Part shown: one piece after another, positions 1 to 12,928 of the stretch
How positions within the stretch are numbered: position 1 is the first letter of the stretch
How the letters are laid out: each line of letters begins with the position of its first letter
DNA from: Azolla caroliniana
Taxonomy: Eukaryota > Plantae > Polypodiophyta
Length of the DNA stretch: 64,000 nt
Direction: 5' to 3'
NCBI GenBank assembly: GCA_043228905.1
Contig: JBHGNT010000004.1
Span: forward strand, 4,526,001-4,590,000
The notes under the pieces: model-generated
Database searches by the model: none
Seen by the model: only the letters and a program-made list of their open reading frames with translations
What the model was told of the DNA's origin: nothing
Program-made: the position numbers and the translations under genes

Positions 1-31
1 ACACTCTGGACTCCTTTGTCGGCCGGTAACA
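1..31 (-). repeat. End of the second LTR of the same element (rest outside window)
   Basis: 30 of 31 nt identical to 9006-9036. Confidence 0.85.
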
Positions 32-33
32 CA

Positions 34-50
34 TGGCACGCCTGTGGGAC
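34..50 (+). other. Second, oppositely oriented PBS-like site (tRNA-Arg(UCU)-like) at the expected PPT position
   Basis: TGGCACGCCTGTGGGAC starts 2 nt after the LTR end at 31; resembles the complement of the plant tRNA-Arg(UCU) 3' end (TGGCACGCCyGGTGGGAC) with a 1-nt gap. Confidence 0.65.
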
Positions 51-187
51 AGTACCTTGTACATTGAATCCACAACCGACCCTTGCTATTCTTCGTCCAA
101 AATATCCAGAAGGCTTTGTTCGAGAGTCTCCAATGGTTCATCTGGAATTGGTTGTTGTTGTTGCTGCTCTGTTGGTGGCTGTTGTGG

Positions 188-2911
188 CTACTCCTCCATT
201 TGTTGCTCTGATACCGGCGTCTCCGTCGTTGATCCCTCCGTCGTAGTGGTCTCCGGTTGACTGGTTCCGGACTGGCCCTCGGCCGGCGACGGTTCCTCAT
301 CACTAAGGTTAACCGTTGCCGCTTCCCGTGCTTTTTCTTCCCGAACCCGGGACCGCTCGTAGCTTTCAAACTGGATTTGAGTGTCCAGCCTATCATCGTC
401 TAGCTGAGCTACGAGTTGCCGGACCTGCGCCAGCTGTTCATCCGCCAGGACTTGGAAGTCGTCAGCCAACTCGTCCCGTATGGCGGTGAAGTCCTCAGAA
501 GTCAACGTATAACAATCATCTCCTTCCTTCCGCCGGTTTGCCACGTCTGCCCATAGCAATTGGAGTTCCGCCGCGTTTTGTGCCCACTTTGTCCACCATC
601 TTACGGAGCTTTCGTCAATCAAGCGTTTTGTCTGATTCAACCATGCCCGGAGGATGCACTGAATTCGGCATGTTCCCAACTGCGATTTGGTCTCCGCAGC
701 TTGCCGTTCCTCCTTCAATTGCTTGATGATTTTGACGTTGTCTTCCGCCTGCTCCTTGTAATGCGTCAATTGCCTTTGATATGTGCTTTGTAATTTCTGC
801 AATACCGTTGACACTCTCTCCTTTTCTTCCTGCTGCTACCTCTGGAGCTCCATCCAGACCTTCTCCGCCTCGTCCAACCGTCTTGTATTTTCCGCAAGTT
901 CGTCGGCGATCGCCGTCGCGGCCCGATCAACTTCCTGTTGGAGCTCGGCCATCCATTCCTTATGCTCCGTTTCGAGCCGTTTGTAGTCCCGATGCAGGTG
1001 CTCAAAATCATCTGTCTTTTGCTTGAGTCGTGCGTTGATCTGTCGACGGGCCCGGTCCTCGCGGTCCTTCTGCTGGCGGAGCTCTTCCTTTAGCCGTTCA
1101 ATTTCCGTTTCCGCCGTCTTCCGCAGCTTGTCCTTTTCCTGCAGCACTTTGTCTTTTTCCTCCCTTAGTCGGTCGTACGCTTGATGGCCTTTCCGGAGGC
1201 TCTCCTCTGCCCGATGGAGGTTCTCAGCAGTCTTCTTTAATTCGGCTTCGGCCGCTGTCTTCAATTCCCATTCACGGCTCCTTAGCGCTTCTTGTGCGGC
1301 AAGTTCATCTCTCAATTCCGCAAGCTCCTGGGCTTGCGCCGCATCTCTCGCCGGAACGGTTTCCGTTGCCGGGGTCTTATTGGTATGTACAGGTCGATCT
1401 GTTTCTTTATTCTGTACACTTACCGGAGTCACCAGTGATTGGATCTGTATTGCCGTTAAGGCCATTTTGGCCATCTCTACCGTGACCTGATCCAAGTCTC
1501 TTTCAAGGCACCGGATTCTAGACCGGGCCGTCTCTAGTTGTTCGGTTGTGACGAGCAACCGTTCGCTTTGCGCTCTTTCTTCCGCCTCAATATACCCCAC
1601 TGCTCCGGCAATCTGTTCGCCTATCCACCGAAGCCACAGGCTACCGGTGCCTTGTTGCATTTGCCCGGAGGTTTGACGGATGGGCTCGCTTGTAGATGGG
1701 TGGTCCCGCCTTATTGCGCCGAGTTGCACTTTCGTTTCTGCCCGTGGACCACCCTGCTGTCCTGGTTCCCCTTGCGCTTCTTCTTGGTTGGCCGAGGGAG
1801 GCTGCATTGACCTTTCCGGCTCTGGCGGGATGGGACTTGCCGGTGTTGCCCGTGGTGCCGGGGCTTCTGATTCCGGTGCCATGTGCACCGGTTCCGGTTC
1901 TTCCCTTGGCGTGGGAGTCTCAGTATGGGGAGTCGGTGTTCCCTCCGTCTGAGGGTCCGAATGTTTCCCGGCTGCCTCAACGGTCCCTGCCGACGACCGT
2001 CGCTGGAGGTGCTCCGTAGGTTCCTCCTCTATTTCCTCTTCCTGAGTCCCGACATTGAGTTTTGCCGCCAAGGGGTCCGCTTCTCTATTCACCGGTCAGC
2101 GGAGTGTAACCTTTACGGGCCGTGCCGGTGGTTCCTCCTGCGCATCCGTTGGCCGCTTCCGGCTGGCGCTCTCCTTTCCCGCCTGTTCTGCGTCCGCCGC
2201 CTTCCCCTTAGTGGCCTTAGAGGCTAACAGCTGTTGTCTTTTGGAAGCCGTCTTTGGGGTGCCGTCCGCCACTCTTCCTCGCTTCTTGGGCTGGACGGGC
2301 TGGACGGGTGGCACAAGCAAGGTGAGCCACTGCGTTACGGCGTGCCATATCCTTCGTCCGTCTCGGCCTTCTTTGCCGTCTTTGCCTCTGACGATCTCGA
2401 TCGCCGCACACAACCCATCTGCGATCAATACCGGCCAATCCACCTTGATTTTGCCTCTGACGATCTCGATCGCCGCACACAACCCGTCTGCGATCAATAC
2501 TGGCCAATCCACCTTGATCCCTTCATAGGTGGCGATGATCATCCCTGCCCGGTTCTGCGGCATGACAGGGGGTCTAGGGTACACATGGCCGTATTCGTGG
2601 AGCACACGAGCAATCTCACGGAACAGCATATCTCTGCCGCCCTGTGTCCGGTAGCCCTTGCTGCCTAGGGAGTACTCACCAAAATACCTGATGAGTTGCT
2701 CCGAGGTCGGATTGTCAATCGTGAGTATGCCTCCCTCCGGAAGGCCTGTTAACGCTCGAATCGCCTCCGCCGTTATGACCTCTGTGTCGATTTCTTTGAT
2801 CACCTTGTCGGCTTCTTTGTGTGGCGGTACTTCCATCATCATCAAGAAGCCCTCGAGCCCGTGTTCCTTTAGCCATGTCTTGGCGGCTTCCGACAGCGTT
2901 TGCGGGTCCAT
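188..2911 (-). pseudogene. Extra ORF downstream of pol (~900 codons): plant-mobile-domain-like N terminus, Pro/Glu-rich linker, long coiled coil
   Basis: ORFs 2096-2911, 836-2092 and 188-814 share one frame and are separated by single stops; the motif ITAEAIRALTGLPEGG...VDW resembles PMD / retroelement accessory domains; the C-terminal half is E/K/R/L/A-rich heptads. Confidence 0.7.
2381..2518. repeat. 69-bp tandem duplication in the extra ORF
   Basis: IKVDWPVLIADGLCAAIEIVRGK is encoded twice, in frame. Confidence 0.9.
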
Positions 2912-3278
2912 GTCTGTGTTGAGGTCAGATTGCGGTGGCGAGGTTGGATGGTGATGAGAGTGAGATTGAGAGAGAGAGAGTTCAGAAGGCGGGGGTTCTC
3001 TGTGCGTAGGTTCTCGTCTGATGATCTTGCAACGCCTTGGTGCTTATGTGCTCCTGGGTTCGCGAAAGTAAAGGGTCTCCACGCGCAGTGGTTTTTCTCT
3101 GTGCATTCTGGCGCCTTTTTCGAGTGTGTGCACGTCGTGTACTAAAATAGCATTATGTCCTGTGGTGGCGCTTTAAATGCCCACTACGTACCTTTTCGCT
3201 CCTCGCTCTTTCGTCCATTCATTCCTCACTTTTGCATGATAACTTCGTTTTTTTTTTTTTTTTACTGTTAGTGTGACG

Positions 3279-6200
3279 TTACTTGTCCGTTGGTCCTATC
3301 AGACCCTTACCGGCCTCATTCTCCCCAGTTACCGGCTCGCCGTCTCTACTGTCTTGGTGGTTGCCGTTTCCCTCATCGGTGTCGGTCCTTTGCTCAAATG
3401 GGTTCTTAGGCATCAGTCCTCTATATGGCTTCAATCGGAATCCGTTGACCCATTTGCCTAGCACTTTGCCTAGTATGGTGTGCTCCGTTTATGGACAACG
3501 GCATAGAATGTCGTCAGGCTTTCAACTACTTGGCCGAGAAAGTGCCCCCCTTGGTCACTTATTAATTTGATTGGGCATCCGTAACGGCAACAGATGTACT
3601 CGTATAGAAATTTCGCCGTTGACGCAACGGTGTTGTCTCTTAAGGCTTTGGCCTCCACCCATTTCGTGCAGTAATCCGTCGCGACGATGACATACCGATT
3701 ACCCGTTCTCATTGCCGGTGGTTTGAACGGTCCAACAAAGTCCAGCCCCCACTTCTGGAATGGCTCGAGTGGTAGTACCGGCTGGTGTGGCATACGAGCC
3801 TGCTCCGTTGGCTGGCCCATTCGCTGGCATAGGTCACATTCTTTTGCGTACCGTACCGCGTCTCTTAATGTCGTTGGCCATCATAGGCCACTTTGCCATA
3901 TTTTCCTGGCCGTCGCATCTCCGGCATAGCGACCTCCGGCATCTCCGCAGTGGGCTTCCCTCAGTATCAGGTCCTTTTCGTCGTTGCGCACAGCCCGTCT
4001 CCATATGCCGTCCGCGCCTTTGTGGTAAAGTGTGTCTTGCAGTAAGCAGAAATGTCGGCTTTGCACCGCTAGGCGTTTCCATTCGTCCCGGTTCATCTCT
4101 TCCGGAGGCAGTCCTGTGCTTAGAAACTGGTGCATGTTTGTGAGCCACTTGTCTTCCTGTGCCACCGTCTCATCTGCTACCGTTTCCGTAGTGACTCGAA
4201 ACAGCTCCGCATCCGGAAACTCATCCGCTACTCCGTCACCCGTCTCTCCGGACTCTAATTGGCTTAAGTAATCCGCCACGGCATGCTGTATACCGGGTCG
4301 GTGGAATATTTCAAACTCGAATTCCTGTAATAGTAAGGTCCACCGGGCCAATTTACTGGTGAGTGACGCTTTGGACACCAGGTAAAGGAGTGCCGAATGA
4401 TCTACATGGAAGGAAAACTTCCTTCCCAATAAATAATGCCGAAACTTTGTCACACTGTAGATCATCCCTAGAGCTTCCCGTTCCATGGTAGAGTAGTTCC
4501 GTTCTGCTTGGGATAGCTTTCGGCTGGCATAGTACACTGGCCGGTACCACTTTGGCTCTGTAAGCTACATCAGTACGCTTCCGATTGCAATGTCGGAGGC
4601 GTCCACGAACACATGAAATTCTTTACTCCAATCCGGAGGCTGCACTACCTGTGCTTGCGACAATAGTACCTTGAGGGCCCTATACGCCCTATCCTCGGTG
4701 TCGGTCCACTGGAATGGTGTCCGATGTACGGCGGCATGCAACGGTGTAGCCAGGTCGGCCAAGTATCAGAGCATCCGGTTGTGCCACCGGATCTGGCCTA
4801 AGAACTGGCTTAATGCCTTTGCCGGCGCCGGCGCCGGTGCTTCTAATATGGCTTTCACTTTGTCCGGGTCGACTGCAATACCTTCCTGGCTCACGATATG
4901 TCCTAATAAAGTTCCACTGGACACGCCAAATACACACTTTGCCGGATTCAAGCTTAGCCGGTACGCTCTACACTTTTCTAGACAAAGACGGAGGTGCTGA
5001 AAATGGTCCTCCTCTCGGCTATAGACGGCGAAATCGTCAAGGAAAACCTACATAAAAGCCGGAATATATTCACCAAAGATTTCCATGATGATTCGTTGAA
5101 ATGTTGTCGGTGCCGTTTTGAATCCGAACATCATCACCACGGCCACAAACACCCCCCATTCGGTGACGAAAGTCGTTTTCTCTTGGTCGTCGAGGTGCAT
5201 CCGGATCTGTTTATACCCGTTGAATCCGTCTAGGAAGGTATAGACCTCATGGTCGGCGACGACATCCAACACTCCATCTGTGAACGGAAATGGAAACGCA
5301 TCTGTTACCGTAGATGCATTGAGTTTCCGGTAGTCCACACAAACTCGAATTTTTCCGTTCTTCTTCGGTACGACTACGATCGGGCTCAGCCATGTCGCTT
5401 TCTTTACCGGACGAATAAAGCCAACTCTTAGCAGTTTGTCGATTTCCTCCTTGACTTTGACGGCATAATTGGGATTCATCCGGTACCGTCTTTGTGCCAC
5501 TGGTTTTGCGTCCTTGCTCAAGTGAACCTGATGCTGGTATAACTGAGGGTCGAGTCCTCGCATGTCTTCGTATGACCAGGCGAACACATCGCGAAATTCC
5601 GTGAGAAGTGTGATCATCGCCGTTTTGTCTTCGGACTTCATCTCCTTGGCGATGTGCACTGGTTTTGCTTCGTCCCTGGACCCTAGGTTCACCTCTTCCA
5701 GTTGCGACGCTTTTACGCGCTGTGAAACGGCCATTTCCCGTTCCAATGCTTCCTGCGCTTGCCGTAACTCCCGGATTGCGTCTTTATCCGGTTCTGCTTC
5801 AGCCTCTTCCGGTTGCGGTAAGTATGGTGCTACTGCTTCGGCAATGTCAATTTCGAAGAGGGGTATGATCTTCGGATTTTCCTGCAAGTACTGAGCTTCT
5901 TCTTCGTCAGCTAACCCTTCTAGCATGTTGACGCACTCTGCATACAACGGTGTACATTCCTTGCCAGTGCTCGTCCTTGGCTGTGTTGGTACCCGTACCT
6001 TGGCTTTTCCTCGTCGGAAGGTAATTATATTTTTCCTCCAATTCTGTTTGATATGTGTCGTTTTCAACCACGGCCGCCCCAGCAATAGCGGGTATGCACC
6101 TTGTGCCTGTAATTGTAGCACTACTGCCGAGATGTGAAATGTATGACCGCCCACGGTGACTTCTAATTTCCATATTAATCCTGTCGGCCGCACTGAGCTT

Positions 6201-8323
6201 GTATCGGCCATCCCTAACCAGAACGGACACGGTTCCCACTTGTGGATTCCTAGGGCATCACACGTCCGGAGGCTTATTACATTCACCCCGGAGCCTCCGT
6301 CTATAACTGTGTCGGGGAGTTCTTTCCCTTTTACAATGGCAGTGATTACCGGACTGTTGGTGTCCACCACCGTTGGTCCCTCCTCCGGATTCGAGAAGAG
6401 TACCGGTGCCGGTGATGATTCTCCTGCCGTCATGGCCGTCTTCAGTCCTTCCGTGAATCTTGGCATGAGTTGTAGGAGTCTTCCTAGTGGCAGCGTAATC
6501 TGGCATTCTTGCAACGCCTGCCATGTCTCGTTCTCGAAGTGACTGCCGCCGACAAGCCCTACGGTGTTCTCCTTTTGCCGTTGTAAGTCTGTGACATTCT
6601 GCTCGTTTGCTTTCTTCACCCATTCCGTCGCTTGCTTCCGGATGGTCTCCTGCGTCTCCCATTCCTTGGCCATGCCCTTCGACCTTGTGGTCACCTGCTG
6701 CAGATCTGCCACCTCAGGGACTACCATATTTACTACCGGTCGTTTTTCATAGCTCTTCACCGGTCATTGATTACTATAATGGCCTTCCTGTCGGCAGTAG
6801 TAGTAGTAGGCTTTCCGGGTATTGCTGGATTCGGCATTGTCTGTTGTACCCGAGGCCGGTCCTGTGGTAAGCGCGGGGTTTTGGGCCGGTTGGCTGCTTG
6901 AAGCTCCTTGTTCCGGATCCCGTGGGTAGCCGCCTTTTTTGAAATGCCGTTTTTTGTTATAGCTCTTCTTATTGCGGTACTCTCGACGAGGTTGCTCGTT
7001 ATATCTGCCTTATTCCTCCCATTGCTTACGATACCCGGGGGAGTGCTCCCGGTCGTAATGTTCGTATCGTCAATTTTAATCCCGGTACCGATCATATCTA
7101 TCATGCCGGTCATAGTTATCCCGCCGATCACCGTACCGGACATCATTCTCCCGTCGGTCGCCATACCGGACATCCTGTGTCGGTCGGTTGCGGTCCATTC
7201 GCTGCCAGCGTTCCTCTTCTTCATCCTGGCTGCTGCGTGGTTCTATTTGTCGGACGGGCAGTGCTTGTCGGTTCAATAGATTATACTCGCACCTATCCGT
7301 CGTATGGCCCTTGGATTGACAGATTACACATTGCGTCCTCATAGTGCATTCTAGAGCCGAGTGTCCGGAATTCAAGCAGGTTGTGCACTGTATTGCTTGC
7401 CGAAACCGGAGGTCTTCATCGGACGGTAATGCTCGTTGGAGTGCTCCCAGTGTGAGCCAGGAGCTTGTCTTTTCCATCTCTCTCACCCGGTCAATGACCT
7501 GGTCGATGGTACTTGTGCGGAAGTCAATTACCGTGCAAACCGTGCGTAGGGGTTCCCGGAGCGCATTTAGGAATATAGTCCGTAATTCCTCCTCCGGGGG
7601 TGCGCGGGCAAGTTGACTATGCATCCGTTGAAACCGGATGACAAACTGGGGAATGCTCTCCCCTGCCTCCTGTCGGATGGTATAAAATAAGCCCACCATT
7701 ACGGTCTGGTCCACCTCCTTTTGGAAAAAATGCAAGAATTTAGCTTTTAAATCTGCAAAGGTGGTGATGGTAGACGGGTCTTGCGTCCGGCGCCATCTTG
7801 TTGCCGGTCCCTCCAATGTGACGCCAAATTCCGCTATCTTAAAGCATTCCTCTTCTTCTGGGATCAATCGCTGGGACACATGGTTGGCTTCCCATGTCTG
7901 TTCAAAGGCGTGCACATGAGCTTCCGCGTCCGGATCATCTCTATACTTGGAGTACTGGAACGGCATGTCGTCGTCCGGTATCGGTGCGCGTGCTGGCAGT
8001 GTTGGTGCTCGTTCCGGGATTTTCTCCGGCGTCGATGGTCTTTCCTGATTTGTTTCCGGTGTCGGTGGTCTTTCCTCTTCTTTTGGTGATGGAGGCCTCT
8101 CCTCTTCGACTTTCTGTGTCGGAGGTCGCTCTTCCTCTGCTGGTTCCAGAGGTTCCAGCCTTAGCACTTCCGGTTCCGGTGTCGGTAAGGTATCCGATCC
8201 TTCATCCTCCGGTCCGCCCGGGGTTTCGTTGCTGCTACGGTAGTTCGTGTGCACGTTGTATTCCCCTTCGGAGTCTGATTCATACGCTGAAAAGGCTTCT
8301 GCTTCGCCTTCTCCGTTTGCCAA
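3279..8323 (-). pseudogene. gag-pol polyprotein, disrupted
   Basis: Gag (LEGPATRW..., CTTCLNSGHSALEC, CVICQSKGHTTDRC, and a third degenerate knuckle near 6770-6800), protease VIDGGSGVNV, RT (WLSPIVVVPKKNGKIRVCVDYRKLN, FLDGFNGYKQ), RNase H (FHVFVDASDIAIG, YYASRKLSQAERNY), integrase (WGLDFVGP, ISDQGGHF). Gag (7076-8323) and pol (5048-6760) are in the same frame with premature stops; integrase has an internal deletion near 3470. Confidence 0.9.
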
Positions 8324-8590
8324 CGCCTGGAGAAGAGATTCAGTTTCCCGGAGGCTGCTTAGGCTGCTGCCGTCGTCCGAGTGCGATGTTTGTTGTAACC
8401 AAAGGGAGTCCTCCGCTACTCTCCGGATTACGTTGGAAAACGAGCGATCCGCTCTAATTTCCTACGCCGCTTGCTGGAAAGCCTCACGTCTCCTTTGCCT
8501 TTCGGCAAGGCGTCGAGTTCGATCTGTAACCAGGTCGTGCGTTGATCTAGTCATCCATTTGTGCCGTCGTTCGCTACAAAAACAGGAATC

Positions 8591-8600
8591 GTGGTCGCCA
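8591..8600 (-). other. Putative primer-binding site (tRNA-Arg(UCG)-like)
   Basis: TGGCGACCAC 5 nt inside the candidate LTR end at 8606, upstream of gag; matches the recalled plant tRNA-Arg(UCG) 3' end (...GTGGTCGCCA) over 10 nt. Confidence 0.55.
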
Positions 8601-8605
8601 AAAAC

Positions 8606-9036
8606 TGTGTTAACTCTTAGGGCCGAACAATGGCCTAACACAGGGTGTCTACGGGAGACACTTCACCAAAGGGGTGTTACGGCAACAGGATTAGACTCAA
8701 CGATTAATCCGACTTAATTAGGTTACTTAGCATGATCGTCTTTAATAATCACGCGCATAAGATATAACAATGAATGCAGAACGGCAATTAACACAGAGAG
8801 ATAACAACACTAAGCTTTATTAATTAACCGTTGTTCATTACATTGTATCCGGGCCTTTAAATAAGTTTCTAGTCTGTATTACAAAACAGTGCCATCCGCA
8901 CCTGTTCGGGATCGGTCCGGATCCGGAACGGTATACCGATTCCGGTCCGTCCGTCCACACTCATAGCTTACAACCATTCCTTCTAATTAAATAACTCCCC
9001 GTTTCACACTCTGGACTCCTTTGCCGGCCGGTAACA
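8606..9036 (-). repeat. LTR next to gag; inner boundary either 8606/8608 or 8675
   Basis: Minus strand begins TGTTACCGGCC and contains TATTTAAA (~8856-8863) then AATAAA (~8816-8821); two candidate ends, ...CCGTAACA at 8675 and ...GTTAACACA at 8606, the latter followed by GTTTT-TGGCGACCAC. Confidence 0.75.
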
Positions 9037-9294
9037 ATGTGCAACTCTTTTGTATTCGATGGTATACATGGGGTGAAAGCATATCTACGAAAGTTGAAGG
9101 GAGTACTAATGTGGCAATTTTCTTTATTGGAGCAAGTGGAAATTCTTTCCTCGGTGGAGTGTTCGTCTTGCCTATTGGCAATTCAACATGTTCCACTACC
9201 CATGTAATGTAGTTAGTGGGTAACCATACTCCATTGTCACACCCATTGTAAGTAGTGTTGTTTACACACATTTATTAATATAATTGTGTGTTTT

Positions 9295-9296
<2 letters not shown>

Positions 9297-9339
<43 letters not shown>

Positions 9340-9365
9340 ATGTGTGTGTGTGTGTGTGTGTGTGT
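9297..9365. repeat. (AG)n-(TG)n compound microsatellite
   Basis: Directly visible. Confidence 0.95.
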
Positions 9366-12300
9366 ACTGACCTTCTATGGATCCTGATGATGAAAACGAT
9401 TGATCAACCCAATGAACAAGAAAGAAAAGATAGACTACATTGTTAGGTACAAAGGACCCAAAGAATCGCTTAAGTAAAGAAATTTGTGTTTGAAGGGTAT
9501 TCTGGTAAATAGGGCTTGTAGATTTGAGTGTATAATTACTTTATAAAGTGTATTTTTTTGGACATATGGGTAGTTTGGTAATTTTGGAACTTAGAGGGGC
9601 ATTTTGGTAAATAGGCGAACTTCCAGGGGTATCCTAGTACTTTTCCCTAACTTATATTACGTTACATTTATTAACAACATGCGTAGTAACCTGGACTCGA
9701 TTACTTGTCATACCTTCTCAAATCACCACGATCAACAAGTTGTTGACTCCACTCCCGACTAGTTTCTGACCTCTCCTTCAATATCTTGCACTATCTCCCC
9801 ACAATCGACAACTTTCACCTTTCCCCTACTCTTTCTATCGCCACTCCCATTGGCTAGGGCTTGGTGCGATGCACCCAAGAGCATGTTCTAACTAGGTTGG
9901 GGGGGAGGTTAAGCCCCTACCACATGTAACACAATTCATCCTTTACAATGACAACAAGGACAATGTTTATTAGTCCCTATCAACGTTGCACAAATCACAA
10001 CTCACAAAGATATTTAATGACTCATGAAGACATCAGCATCGTCAACATCACCAAGGACTAACTTCACAAGAACAAGGAAAAAAGAAGTATAACAATGTTG
10101 CTAGACTAGAGTTTTAGCCCTACTTGGTAAAGGGTTATGACTACTTGGTAACCGAGATGTAGTTATTTTATTGTCACATTGGGTTTTTTATTGTACTTGT
10201 CTTGATATAGTGAACACCCAAGTTCCTAAAGGATCCCACAAATTTCTTATTGACGGGGTCTTCGTGAGAGAGAGGAGTGAGAGTTCACAAAGTTACGGTT
10301 TGCAAAGCTAGTGGCTCAAGATCAATTGGCAATTGCCCTCACCTCAATCTACGATATCAATGTGAAGGCATGCGCTCGGCGTAACACACGTAGAACTGAC
10401 ACAATTACATAAAACAAATAAATTCCAAGTCCTATGCATTATTGCAACTTGTGTCTACACTCTTTGGACTTAACCACAAGGTATTCAATGTTAAAGACAA
10501 TAGAATGTCTCTTAGCAACATTCATTTGATCAAGTCATGAATCAAACTAGTTTCCTTTTTACTAATCCTATCACCAATTTAAGAAGTAGAAAAAAACAAT
10601 TTTTGTCTAACAATAACAATATCTATGAGATAAAGTCTTCCAGAAATCCTGTTGTACTAAATGGAATATTGAATATCACTCCACAATGAAATTGAACATG
10701 AAAATTTGTTTGAGGAAAAAAAATGGGTTCGAGAAAAGGGTATTTGAATCATTTTTCAACTTGGGCATCTAAACCCTAAGTCAATGAAGACAAGCCAAAT
10801 TCACAAGATGCTCGAAGAAATTCCCATCAAAACATTCAAGTATGTTTTTTGTATGTGAAGGTTGTTTGGACCCTCATGCAAGGAAATGCATCGTCACCAA
10901 CTATGGAGAAGTATCAAACCTAAAGCATACAAACTATTTGATCCAGACACACAAAACAATTTATCAATCTGTCTATCACTTTTGATAAAGTGACACTCCT
11001 GAAGTTCCTAGTTATTCTCAAATAGCAAACTATGGTGGCCCTATTACAAGAAATTGATCTAGGTGTCTATTTAACAAAATCAAGATCAAAATAAAGGTTT
11101 CCCAAATCAACTTGGAGGAAAATAAAATCAACACAACATGCAAATCAAGCCCTATAAAGATAGAGAAAATGTCAAGAAAAGAAACATATTTATTCATGAA
11201 AACTCAAATGTTGTGATCAATGTGAACCACAGAAGATCAACAAATTTAAGTAGTCACGATATATTTGTATCGAAAAATCGTGGTGGCCATGACATACCTA
11301 GAACATAAATTCATCGTGGCCACAACATATCATCATCATGGCTACGAATAGTTGGATCAAAAAATCATCGTGGTTGTAACATACTTGGAATAGAAAATTA
11401 TGATGGTTGTGATCTAATCAAATCTTAAAACAATGGTAGTCATGGCACAATTGGAAGGCCACCGTGAAGGTTGTACTAAAAGAGAAAATCATGACGTCCA
11501 TGAACAAATCACAGAAGAAGGTATTGTGTTCTCTCCACCAAAGCCTCTCCAACAAAGAGCCCTAATATCTGCATCCCAACTTTAAAAAGATGTGATCCAA
11601 AAATCCACACGCAAAGAGGAATCAAATGAAGATCCACATCATTTATTTAGACTTGAAGAAGACCTCAATATCTCAAACAAAAAGGTGGCCATCTTGTGGC
11701 TTGAAAGCATTTTAATCAAATTAGATGAAATAAAATTGTCCCATATAAAAATGTAATGAAACAATCAACCTTGTATAACAATTCTATAAATTCTAAACGG
11801 GTCCTAAATGCACATATCAACATAAACATATAAAGGCTAAGCATCATGTCGTAACAAACCTTGTTAAAATGAAAGAGCTCAAGCTCTACGATACTTCGAC
11901 AATCACTATGTTGGTCTATTTTCTTACTAAACCACTGTAACCACACCAAAAACATTGGCACTATAGGACGAAGTTTAAACTCAAGCTTGTCCACAAAGAG
12001 TATTTTAGATATTTACATTATTTGGGGGTGTAAAGATACATTATAAATATTAATATCTATTAAAGAAAAATGGTAGACATCTCAATAAATCCCAAACCCT
12101 AAGTGCTTCCTTGGTGAGCATATATGTATATGAAGGGTTTTTTTAACACTCTCTCTCCATCCTCTTGTGTTTCTTTCCCCTTCAAGCTCACATGTATTAG
12201 TGATCTATCAATTCAATACTAGCTAGCTAGCTCTCTATTACAACAATGCTCGATCACTCTATCCTCGGTCCACACTACTTGCAATACATACACCGCAATG

Positions 12301-12928
12301 CTTGATCACTCGATTTACATACACTGCTTTGAAGACTCATAAGGACAACCCATGCAGCATTGCATGCAAGAATGAGTAGCCAAGAAAGTTGCACCTTGGC
12401 CAAGTAAGTGAATGTGCATTTGAGAACGTACAAGAAACATTGACTTAAAAATGGAGCGAAGTGCATTTGAGAATGTACAAGAAGCGTGCATCCATTTAAA
12501 AAGAAGAAAAAACTAATCCATCTCCTTTTCCAAGTTTATCGAGATCAGAAAGAATCCATTGATGAAGATCGAACATAATCATTAAAATTGTTCCTTAAAA
12601 TTTAACGTCTTGAATATAATAATTTTAATCCAAAAAAACATTATATTATCAGCCATTCTGGCACGAGAACCTCTCAATGGCAAATCTTATATTATTATAG
12701 AATATAAGTGATAAATGCAAAATTTGGTACTCTGTTGTTTTGAGTTCAAGCAAAAGCTACAAAGATCTAATATAATATGTTTTCTCAGTAGAGAAGAATT
12801 TTGTGGTAGTATTTTTGCAACCCCACCCCCCCCCCTCCTTCCCTCCCCTTTGATCAATGATGTTATTTTTTATTATCATTTATGGTAATCAATCATCACC
12901 CCCTTCTCCACCTCATTGTCAGAAACTG

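Larger units (their letters stand above)
1..9036 (-). mobile_element. Ty3/Gypsy LTR retrotransposon (non-chromovirus; no chromodomain or archaeal RNase H seen), degenerate; left LTR continues outside the window
   Basis: Positions 1-31 (acactctggactcctttgtcggccggtaaca) repeat 9006-9036 as a direct repeat; minus-strand domain order gag-PR-RT-RH-INT, followed by an extra ORF. Confidence 0.92.

Noticed and set aside
6757-7224. Separate 155-aa ORF or programmed frameshift between gag and pol
   Set aside because: The gag frame continues into pol through point-mutation stops and includes a degenerate third zinc knuckle; this ORF is an off-frame shadow.
9700-12250. Possible old LTR element (purine tract near 9898, degenerate short repeats at 11250-11500)
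   Set aside because: No pair of LTRs, TSD or protein motif could be established by eye.
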